This document shows positions 1-9,427 of a stretch of DNA of 64,000 nucleotides, piece after piece (positions within the stretch are counted from its first letter, which is position 1; each line of letters starts with the position of its first letter). Origin of the DNA: Babesia bigemina (Eukaryota); the NCBI RefSeq assembly GCF_000981445.1, contig NC_027217.1, forward strand, positions 1,984,001-2,048,000, given 5' to 3'. Under the pieces are notes generated by a model, which saw nothing but the letters and a program-made list of their open reading frames with translations, ran no database searches and was not told where the DNA came from. Position numbers and translations under genes: made by a program.

Positions 1-540
1 TCGGGTATCTCGGTTAGCGTGAGTTTCGTAGAGATCTTCGCGTACGTGTCAGAGAAGCTGCATGGTTACGCGCCATCAACACAGGCAATCGATGACATGG
101 AAAAGGGTCTCAAGGACAACAACACCGAGGCGCTGCGGAAGTCGACAATGTATATGATCGTGGTAGGATCACTCCTGAACATCGCGTGCTATGGTGCGCT
201 GTTTGCTACGTATGAGACGGATAAGAAGACTGTTGATGATCAAAATGTGAAGGTATGGGAAGAGAGGGATAAAATGGAGAAAGAGAAGAAAACAGGGAAA
301 TATAAGGAAGAACCAGTGAAAAAACCACTAGAAGAGGCGGTAGATGGGGAGGATGATTTTTCAGGGCACACTGGGCACTCACCTCAAACGACACGTGAAG
401 AGCCAGTGGAAGATACAGAGACACTGACCATGGAGATGCCGAATGAACGTGATAGTAACAGTTCAGATGAAGGGATGATGACAAAGGAAGAGGCGCAAAA
501 ATTTATCAGTCAAGAACGAAGAAGTTGGGAACAAACGTAA
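1..540 (+). CDS. MFS transporter, 3' part (gene starts upstream of window); paralog of 34606-36325
   Basis: SGISVSVSFVEIFAYVSEKLHGYAPSTQAIDDM...MYMIVVGSLLNIACYGALFATYE is near-identical to the C-terminal TM region of the MFS at 34606-36325; charged tail diverged; TAA at 538-540. Confidence 0.85.
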   Translation, partial: SGISVSVSFVEIFAYVSEKLHGYAPSTQAIDDMEKGLKDNNTEALRKSTMYMIVVGSLLNIACYGALFATYETDKKTVDDQNVKVWEERDKMEKEKKTGKYKEEPVKKPLEEAVDGEDDFSGHTGHSPQTTREEPVEDTETLTMEMPNERDSNSSDEGMMTKEEAQKFISQERRSWEQT

Positions 541-972
541 TCTCTAGGCTAACTTATTCATTGAGCATACGACGCTGTGGCACACTGCTTTTGTTTAACA
601 ATGCTAAGCGTTTACCTGACAAAGTGGCTATTAGGCTTAGTATAATAAGCTTCATTTGATGCTTTTCTTGATGGATGCATCTGTAAGGGAAGCCATAGTC
701 GTGGGCTCGTTAATGGGTAGCAAAAGCATTTTTGTTTCATTGAATCAGGTTTCATCGCTACCTTTTATCTGTCGAAAGAATCATGAATTCAGCAGGATCT
801 CTGATGAATAACAATAGATGGATGCCCAGCGCAGCCTTCATCGCAAGAATAAAAAGAAGACAAACGTAGGCAACGCATCTGTGCTTAATTAACTAATGGT
901 GCATCACAACTACATAACACTGAAAATGCGTGACGTAGCGTTCACCGGGCCCGTACCGGAGCGTTTCGTCAC

Positions 973-1208
973 ATGCCCACCCGTAGCAGGCGCCCAAGGT
1001 GTTGGAGCAAAGCTTCTACCAGCGCCGGTGAGTTTCAGAATGGCGGTTATGTAACGTTGTCGCAGGCTTGTATGTCACGTCGGTTTCAGTTGAAATCCTG
1101 ACCGACGCTTATGGCGAGCGGGTTCCACAACACCCGTCTTCACGTGGAAACCTGGTCGACATTGTTCATAGGTTCTTGAAGTTACTCGAGCGTTGCAATA
1201 TCAGGTGA
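973..1208 (+). pseudogene. Cryptic spliced ORF or gene relic (65 aa) in the duplicated element
   Basis: ATG 973; 38-nt intron gtgagt...cgcag at 1028-1065; frame stays open to TGA 1206-1208; copy B keeps the splice sites and shows several synonymous changes. Confidence 0.3.
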
Positions 1209-2767
1209 AGACTCTGTACGTTACGCCCAAATGCATTTTGTATACTATGCGATATGCGCTGTGAGGCCGGTTGTCTGCGCCGCCACGAAATGAAGAGTGA
1301 TACGAGACCTATGTGTTTTAATTGTAGCTGTAAATGTAGTTGTGCACTGTGAATGCTGTGATTTGTGTTTTCCGAAATAAGGAACAGCACTGCGACGGCC
1401 ACCTCATCGGTTATGCGGAGAGGAACCAATGCAAAGTCTGCCACTGCCAAGGGCGCTTGCGCATGGACCACTAAAGCATTTTCGGCGGATATCGCGTAAA
1501 ACACGGCGACTGCAAAATCTGCTGTATATTATGCGCCTCGTGTATATTACCGCTGCGGGAATTTATGTAGCATCTATGTAAATGTAGTTATCTGGAAAGC
1601 TTCCTGATTAAGCGCTGGAAGCGACTCGTTGGATGCGGGAAGCACATGCTTACAACCCTTGGCATTACAACATGCGGTTACGGCGAAAATGCCAAGGGAA
1701 TCCCCAAAGCATGTACATGGACCGCTACCTCGTCTCCCAATCGGAGGACCTCATGTAGAATCATATTACACGTAAAATCTGAATATAGTAAGATTGCCAT
1801 CCCAATGCATCCGATACGTTTATTGCATGATTATTGAGCTACGTGATGGGCCAATACTAGCAGCTAACTGCTGTAGTATTCCGTTCTGCCCATTACGTTC
1901 TCACGTCGGCAGCCTATAAGTGTCATCAGAAATAATCTTGGGATCTGTCTGGTTGTTGAGCAGATCATAGGTCTATAATTGCGAAAGCGTTTAAGGAATG
2001 TGTTCAGGCGTGGGATTAAGACGCCTGCTAGGTGATCCCAGGTAATTGCCCAAAACACCACCCGGACCCCGTAACAGCACAACCAAATAACCGGCACCTG
2101 GTAACCATAACCACCACCTCTTATCACGATCTGCTCAGTACAGTAAATAAACAACGTGAGTCTGCCGTGCTACACCGGAGTACCCAGCACAGCCATCTAA
2201 CGCCCACAAAAGACAGGCAAAAGAGACCACTCAGACAAGCAACACATAATACAGCAATTATATGCAGTGACCGTCATACACCTAATCTGATCTTAAAAGT
2301 GATCGTTAAAGCGGTCCAACCGCACGCCTGGTTGACCGTGAAATACTCAATTCAGGTCGGCAAATCCGGGCGATCATAAATCTAAGAAACATCTCATCGC
2401 CGTGGCTCAAAGTACTCCCAGCGGCTGTGCACTAAATCTGCCCCGCCAGAATAATGTTGGGAAAATAACCCAAGTCGCCTCCGTAAACTACGGCAAAACA
2501 AAAGCGCCAAGACAGATCCTTGAGAGAAATCGCGGGCACAGAGTGTTCCCTTAGGCGTGTAGAATAAATTTGCATCCATAGATGCATTTCAGGGCTCCCG
2601 CATCAAAAATCGACATGGAAAGCCTTGCTTAATCCTTAATTGAAACAACATTGCGTGACCCGTGGCAACCGACCACGTGTCAACCAACGGGTGGAACGTT
2701 TTCCAAAGCGGCCACCTCAGTCGCAATCAATATCTTAATATGAAGGTGGTCTTGAGAACGAATCTTC

Positions 2768-3661
2768 TTACCTCCTCATCCTGCGGGCCCTGTACTTCTT
2801 CTCGTATGGGTCGTGGTTCTCGCCAACGGTGTGTTCCTTTCCGTCACCAATCGGGTAAGCCTGAGGGTAGACGTGGGACTGAGGGTAGAACTTCCAGAAA
2901 CCAGCCAAGTGGTACAACTTCTTGAAGTAGTCCATGTCAACGTAGGGAATGGTGATTTCAATGTCCTCAGCGTTAACCTTGCCCTTAAGGTCCTTGTAGA
3001 AGGTGTAGCCGCTGCCCTCGAACAGCCAACCGAGGGTGTCGTCCTTCTTGGTCTTGATGTGCAGGTCCCAGTTGTCGAACCTCTGAGTGTACTTGTAGAG
3101 CTCGAAGAGGGTAGGGTAGATCATGGGGATGATACCAATGAAGACCTCGGCGCACTTCTGAGGCTTCTCCTTGCAAGATACATCCCAGAGGGGCTTGCTG
3201 ACGTAGGAATCCTCGTAACTCTCGACCTTCTTGATACCGTCAACCAAGTAGTGGGCGGTCTGGATGGTCTCGTAGACCATGCGGTGCACGTCCTCGTACT
3301 GCAGGGTGTCGAACTCGGTAACATCACAGTAGCCCTTGACGCCCATCTTAACGGCCTCAGGGTCGTGCTTGTCGCCGTTAAGGCAGATGGCGTGCTCGGG
3401 TGACGGGTAGCCGGTCACACTGTCGAGCATGAGCCTGAAGCTAGGGAAGCCGGTGAAGCCTTCGAACCTCAGGAAGTTGCGGACGTTGGTCTTGACAGAG
3501 TGCATCAAATCCAACCTCAGAGTACGGGTCGTGCTCTCGCGGATGAGAGCGTAAACGGCCTCACCGAGCGGCTTAATACCGGCGGTGCTGCGGACGGCCT
3601 CGAGCCAGTCCATGGCCTCCCTGAAGCTGGTAGGGGGGATCAACAAGCACTCGCGCTGCAT
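2768..3661 (-). CDS. Babesia secreted antigen 1 / ves-related family protein (297 aa)
   Basis: Strong GC3 bias; N-terminal PTSFREAMDWL and YxSxxxWxxxCxxxPQKCAEVFIGIIPMIYPTL motifs resemble piroplasm ves/SA1-type proteins; no signal peptide. Confidence 0.65.
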   Translation of the reverse strand: MQRECLLIPPTSFREAMDWLEAVRSTAGIKPLGEAVYALIRESTTRTLRLDLMHSVKTNVRNFLRFEGFTGFPSFRLMLDSVTGYPSPEHAICLNGDKHDPEAVKMGVKGYCDVTEFDTLQYEDVHRMVYETIQTAHYLVDGIKKVESYEDSYVSKPLWDVSCKEKPQKCAEVFIGIIPMIYPTLFELYKYTQRFDNWDLHIKTKKDDTLGWLFEGSGYTFYKDLKGKVNAEDIEITIPYVDMDYFKKLYHLAGFWKFYPQSHVYPQAYPIGDGKEHTVGENHDPYEKKYRARRMRR

Positions 3662-4798
3662 CCTGACAAATTTCGGATAACTGTTAATCCAGTCAGACCG
3701 GTGTCACGACACGGAATATGCGTCGCAAAGCACGGGACGAGAAGTGCCGCAAATCACGACCAGTAGACACGGGCAAAGCTACCGACGCAGTGCCGACTGC
3801 TATGCCAAAAAAATCTAGTGAAATATTGCACGAGACACGAACCACGCGGACGCCAACAAACACAGACACGTGGAAGGATTGCCGGCGTCCCGCCTTCCAA
3901 GAGCTATGCAGCATGCAGCAATACAGACATGTTATACGTAGATCTCATAATGTGGCGTGCATGGTCGCGGTCCCACGGAAGTGCCTCGAAAATCGAGCAA
4001 AAGGCGTCTGCGCCATCAATTTAGCTCTCCAATGTATAGAAGACGGCTATGTCGGCGAATTAGGTCAGCGAAGGTAGCGCGTCAGCGCATGCTAGATCGC
4101 CTTAATCGACCATTCCCTTTACGTTGCAGGATCTAGCCGCAATTAACTGTAATTTACAAATGCCAAAACATCATGGCAAAGCGCGCCGGCGTTTTTTGGT
4201 GGCGTTCATGTAGGAGGAAATGGCGCTCCTTCCGTCTTCGATGAGAAAGTGTTGTGTCAGCGCACAATTGCCGTCACCATTTATATCTGTGCATTTTTCA
4301 TAATTATTACAATAATTTTTGCGTCTCATGCAGAGCCTCTGTCTCCGATTCCATCACGAATACGGCAGCCGCCTTACAGCCGCGGTCTGTCGATGATGTC
4401 TTAGCAACGGAATGTGAGTATTATGCTCTGTTATATTAATGAATCACGCGTTTGTATGCATTAGCAATTGTGTGTTGGAGAGATTCCCTGGAGTCCTGTT
4501 GTTATCAATTCGGTCGGTGCAGTATGCACGCCGTCTGCTTCACGAGGCGTAGCTTCGACGTGTTTGTTGCGTCACTTCATTCAGTGATCATGATTGCCAC
4601 ATTTGTCAGTGATCAAGTGGCTACTATCGTAACTAGCGCTCCCTCGCGACCTAGCTTTAGCATCTGATTCGAAGTGCGCCCATCCGGTGGCTAAATACGG
4701 ATCAATGATTCATACGTTCACTTAAGTAATACGTGTGGTAGACCTATAGCAATTACGGTTTGTGTTTGTTACGCTATTCGGCGTTGCTTTGCTGTCAC

Positions 4799-7700
4799 CT
4801 ACTCACCGCATGGTTCGTCACGTGACAAGCGGACAGTCCACATTGCGGATCCGGGAACTAGCACCACTTGGACCTTGTCGTACTGTGCCATTCTCACTTT
4901 GGAGCCGCCCTTTAGCACCGTCAAGCTTTCCACCCGTGCATCATCCGCCTTTCGCTTCGTTCCCGCATTCTGCACCTCCTTGAAGTAGCCGTCCACCATG
5001 CTCTCCGAGTCACCTGTGTTCTGGGTACCTTCTAGACTCACAGTCTCGCCGCAAACAACCGCTTCTAGAGGCGTAACGCTGAGTGAGTCACAGCTCACGC
5101 TTCGCTGCTCGTTCAGCAGGGGTATGTAGAAGATAATGCTCGTTTTGTTCTTCGCGTCTTCAGTCGTTGCACCGTTTATCACAATGGAGAACACGCACGC
5201 GTGATCGTACAGCATGCCCCAGATATCGTTGCCGTCTGGCGGGAATGCCTTCGCAAACATGGAGTCACCAGCAGCGTACGGCGGTGCGGAACCCTCGCTT
5301 GTGCACGCCCACTGCAGATATTGGTTGAAAGCAAAATTCTTGTACTCCTTTTGAACGTCGAATGCCTTCCGCTTCTGCAGGTTGCATTGCTTGCATATGT
5401 CGTCGAGGACCTTCAGCGATTGTTCGGTGTACGTTCCGTCAATCACGGTTTTCAGCATTCGGTGGGTGTAAAGGTCTGAATACCGCCTGATTGGGGAGGT
5501 GAAGTGGAGATACATCGGTAAAGCAAGCCCCCAGTGCCCGGTTACGCCCTGCGCAGTTGTGCAGTCTTTGTTGACTGGGGAGTATACGGCTTCTTTGAAT
5601 TGCTGCAACGCAGCAAAGCTCAGCGATTGGAAGGCCGTGGGTTCCATGTGCTTCGCGCACTTCCTCAGCAGCTCTGGTATGGGCAATATCTCCGGGTTGA
5701 GCACGCTTTTAAGATCCTGGGGCATAACTGACACCACCAGTTGTTTTATGGCCCTTGAGGTGTTCTCGTGCACCCTGAGAAAGTAGTTGTCAAAACTTTT
5801 GGCCAGCAATTGTGCCGCCTGCGTGTTGGCCAGCAGCATCATCTCCTCTACCAACTCGTGGCTTTCTCTTGGTATCTGCTCCACCCACAGCCTCTCCGTC
5901 TTTTCTCCCACCCTGGGTATGTGGCACTTGCAACTGCCATTGGTGTCCACCATTACCGCCCCCCGCTGCTTGAGCCTGAAATGCCTGAGCTTCCTCGATA
6001 TGAAGTAAAGCGTCATCAACGGTTTGAACACATGCCTGTTGATGTTCATGAGGCTGTTTGGGGTGGCAGATGCTTCCGGAACCTCCTGGCTGCTTTCCCC
6101 ATGGCAGTTGCCTTTTGCTGGGTCATCGGTAATGGCCGCATCAGCACTCACCACTGATGTATCATTGACCAGTTTATCTTCGATATACCGCTTTTCGAAC
6201 TGAGCGATAGGCATCGACGCCAGATTTGCATCGGTGGCGCCAGCCCTATTTCGCATCTCACTGTCTATTATCTCTTTAGCAGTTTGGTAGCTCAATCGTT
6301 CACAGCTGATGATTCGGGTCAAAATGAATTCCTGGTTGCGAATATATAGATTGTTCCCTACCATTTCGCCGTCACTGGGGTCCTCGGAAAGTTCTGCAAA
6401 CACGGAGAAGCACAGCTTTTCGCTGTGAGGCAGCAGCGAGCACATGTTCTCGCTCAGCATTTGCGGTAGCATAGGGAACACCTTGTGTTCCAGGTACACT
6501 GATGTGGCCCTTTGCCTGGCATCCATGTCGACGGCCGAGCCTTCCTTCACATAGTGACTGACATCAGCGATGTGTACACCAACTTTGTACCTGTAGTTGC
6601 CCTTTTCATCCCTCACGGTTTCAACAGATAGTGCGTCGTCAAGATCCTTGGCATCTTGCGGGTCGATTGTGAAGACTGTTATGTCACGTTTATCAACTCG
6701 ATTTGCCTCCTTCATCCCCTCGCCGCTTTTGATCAGTTCTTTTAAATTGTCGAGAACTTCGTCGGAAAAGCCGCTCGGATTTAGGCCATGGAATATCATA
6801 GTCGCATGCATCCTTGCTGAGGGGTCAGCGGTGCTTCCGATAATCCTCACCACCCTGCCGCTTGGTTCCATATCGTGCTCGTGCCACTCGTTGAACTGCA
6901 TCAGGCAGAAAATCTTGCCCTTTTCACGCAGCTGTTGCACCTGTTCCAACATTTCCGAGTCCATTTGGTCCCTCCGGACGTTAAATGCTGGCCAACGTGT
7001 GTCCTGTGGCTGGCACTTGAACGTCGCGTCGGTTGCATTGAGACATGCATTCGCGTCCATCACCCCTACGAAACTTTCCAAAGCCGGAGACCTCTTAACT
7101 ATCCTCACAACTCTGCACTGTTGTTCCATAAGCTGAGTATCGTCATGGGTGGCTGGTTGTTGCCTGAGACGCCTTTGACGCACAGCCACCACCTCATCAC
7201 CGTGAAACGCCCTGTTTCGCGCAATGAATCCGAAAATGCGCACATCGGCGGTGTCCGCCGTCTGCGAAGTTCCAGTATCATCGGAGCCAGCCTCTGCAGC
7301 GGTACCTTCACGAGTGACGGAAGGCGAGCTGTCTTGCGACTCTGTAACGGCTGCATGCCCACCATCTTCGTCACATAACGGCGAGCGATCAATGCGCTGC
7401 CTCTTCGCACTGCCGCTCACTGCGGAATCATTTTCTGTAGAAGGTGGATCTGAATTTAGATCTGAACCGCCCGCGTTGTCGGTTCTTGTCGCGTGTCTTG
7501 CAACCTTGGCCTCATTGGTGGCAAAGGCCGGGATAACAACAGTGCCCCTAACTACCAACTCTGGATGCTTTGCTTCTAATTCCTGAATGCTGCTTTCCTC
7601 CCAATAGGTTTCATATGCGATTGCTGCCGTTTTTGGCTGCGATATGTGTTTCGGGGGCTTAGGAGGTACAGCGACGCTCCGCCGCCTCGGGGCTGTTTCG

Positions 7701-7894
7701 GCCTTCGCATCGGAACTCTGCTTTTTACCTTCCCGCCTCTTGACCTTCGGGTAGTCACCTGCTACTCTGGCATCTGTTTTCCAGCAGCGGTGTGTTGCGA
7801 TGGCGTCGACACATCTGTGTCTATACTGGGCAAAGGACAGGAACCTCGTGTACGCCGAGAGAGCGACTCTCGCCGGCAGCGCGGCCAGTGCCAT
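4799..7894 (-). CDS. RNB-domain 3'-5' exoribonuclease (RNase II/R, Dis3L2-like)
   Basis: NRAFHGDEVV cold-shock motif, IDPQDAKDLDDALS catalytic motif, HIADVSHY, ELVEEMMLLAN, HFTSPIRRYSD. A possible last intron 4806-4744 would move the stop to ~4718. Confidence 0.93.
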   Translation of the reverse strand: MALAALPARVALSAYTRFLSFAQYRHRCVDAIATHRCWKTDARVAGDYPKVKRREGKKQSSDAKAETAPRRRSVAVPPKPPKHISQPKTAAIAYETYWEESSIQELEAKHPELVVRGTVVIPAFATNEAKVARHATRTDNAGGSDLNSDPPSTENDSAVSGSAKRQRIDRSPLCDEDGGHAAVTESQDSSPSVTREGTAAEAGSDDTGTSQTADTADVRIFGFIARNRAFHGDEVVAVRQRRLRQQPATHDDTQLMEQQCRVVRIVKRSPALESFVGVMDANACLNATDATFKCQPQDTRWPAFNVRRDQMDSEMLEQVQQLREKGKIFCLMQFNEWHEHDMEPSGRVVRIIGSTADPSARMHATMIFHGLNPSGFSDEVLDNLKELIKSGEGMKEANRVDKRDITVFTIDPQDAKDLDDALSVETVRDEKGNYRYKVGVHIADVSHYVKEGSAVDMDARQRATSVYLEHKVFPMLPQMLSENMCSLLPHSEKLCFSVFAELSEDPSDGEMVGNNLYIRNQEFILTRIISCERLSYQTAKEIIDSEMRNRAGATDANLASMPIAQFEKRYIEDKLVNDTSVVSADAAITDDPAKGNCHGESSQEVPEASATPNSLMNINRHVFKPLMTLYFISRKLRHFRLKQRGAVMVDTNGSCKCHIPRVGEKTERLWVEQIPRESHELVEEMMLLANTQAAQLLAKSFDNYFLRVHENTSRAIKQLVVSVMPQDLKSVLNPEILPIPELLRKCAKHMEPTAFQSLSFAALQQFKEAVYSPVNKDCTTAQGVTGHWGLALPMYLHFTSPIRRYSDLYTHRMLKTVIDGTYTEQSLKVLDDICKQCNLQKRKAFDVQKEYKNFAFNQYLQWACTSEGSAPPYAAGDSMFAKAFPPDGNDIWGMLYDHACVFSIVINGATTEDAKNKTSIIFYIPLLNEQRSVSCDSLSVTPLEAVVCGETVSLEGTQNTGDSESMVDGYFKEVQNAGTKRKADDARVESLTVLKGGSKVRMAQYDKVQVVLVPGSAMWTVRLSRDEPCGE

Positions 7895-8114
7895 TTATTA
7901 CCTTCCTTCTACCCCGATATATAGGTATGTGTTACACATGTGCACATTTTTGATGTCGCTCGCTGCGCTTTCACAGGCACGACATCACTACCCCGCGCTA
8001 CCGGCGACTTCGGGCGATTAAGTGTTCGCCATCAGCCACATCGATACACCTTGCGATGCAAGGTCATTTGACCCATTGTTTCTCAGTGTCTGCTGGGATT
8101 TGCGGTGTCCCCAA

Positions 8115-9231
8115 ATGGGTAACAAACAGTCGTTGATGACGACGAGCTTCAACCTTCGTCTGCAGGCCAGAGAAGTGGTAAGATACGACAAATCGGCGTT
8201 GCGTTAACACTTTGCGCTGTTATGTGCATCCCTTACTTGTATGTGTGGCAATGTGCGTGTCTAATCGCCTTTGATTGCTGTGACGCCGTTCAGCTCAAGC
8301 TGCACGCTCAATGTGAGCGCGAGGAGGAATCTGAGAAGTTGAAAGTAAAGTTTGCACTAGAAAAGGGTAACATAGACGCTGCGCGAATCCATGCGGCGAA
8401 CTCCATCCGCAAGCATAACGAAGCACTGCGATATCTGCAGTATCATGCCAAGCTCGAGATTCTGCGCCATCAGGTCGAAACTGCCGAGCGATCGAACTCG
8501 GTGAGTTTGCGTGTTGATGCATCATGCAATGGCTGTCTTATAGTGTTCTATGCGCCCTTGCTTTGGTCTTCCTCCACATAAACCTTGTCTGTCGGAGACG
8601 TATCGTCACCGATTAGGGCCGTTTTTCACGTTTCGGATTACTTTAGTGTTGCGATATCAGTGAATAACCGTCAAATGCGCTTTATGTGTCTATTTTATGC
8701 CGATCTAAATTTCGTCTCAGGTCTCCACCGAGCTGCGCAAGGCGCTGCCGCAGCTGACCAAACTAACCTCGAACAAGTCGATGGACAGCGCGACCTTGTT
8801 CACAGAGTTTGAGAAGGTATTCGATGATTTGGTAAGTTTGAGTGCACTTTCACTACGTGTTTTTTTGTCGAGCATACTGGTTCGTGTTATCGGCCACTGT
8901 TTGACGTATCCAAACTACGCGTCTACGATAGGGTAATTTGCTGTTTTAAGGCTCCAATCGCTATAAATGACCGCATCCGACCGCTATTCTAACTTGCATT
9001 GCCGTTTCTACGATACTTCGTATAACCGATTCGCAGGAGGTGAAAGAGGCGTACACCGAGCAGACCATAAGCTCCAGCACTGCCCATTTGGCTCCGCAGC
9101 ACGACGTGGACACGCTGATTAGCCAGGTGGCCGACGAGCACGCCCTGGACGTCGGCGGCATTCTGGACAGCTCCAGCGCGATCCGGGGGGCCGTGGTAAG
9201 CCGGAGCGACGCCGACAGAATTACTAAGTGA
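8115..9231 (+). CDS. ESCRT-III Snf7-family protein, CHMP1/Did2/Vps46-like (4 exons)
   Basis: Exons 8115-8177, 8294-8500, 8721-8831, 9037-9231 with GT-AG ends; KFALEKGNIDAARIHAANSIRKHNEALRYL, FEKVFDDL and VDTLISQVADEHALD are CHMP1 hallmarks. The 3' end is uncertain (possible donor at 9196). Confidence 0.88.
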
Positions 9232-9427
9232 CACGCACTGCACACCTGCTAATCGGTTTATCTCCGTGTGTGCATGATCTGCAGCACTTTTAAGTGCCGT
9301 GTTTAGGCTGCTGGATGTCGCTCTCTGGGGAGTCGGTGCCAGTGCCCTGAGCCCGTTGAGGACGCGTCCGGTCCGCATCTGTGGCGGGGTGTAGCAGTAG
9401 CAGTTCAGGCGAATTGCGTGTTCCAAA

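Larger units (their letters stand above)
1..1830. repeat. Segmental duplication copy A (MFS 3' end plus downstream element); copy B at ~35816-37640
   Basis: Direct alignment by eye: 1-210 matches ~35816-36025, and ~930-1830 matches ~36745-37640 (e.g. gtgttggagcaaagcttctac and gtgaatgctgtgatttgtgttttccgaaataaggaacagcactgcga are in both). Confidence 0.95.
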
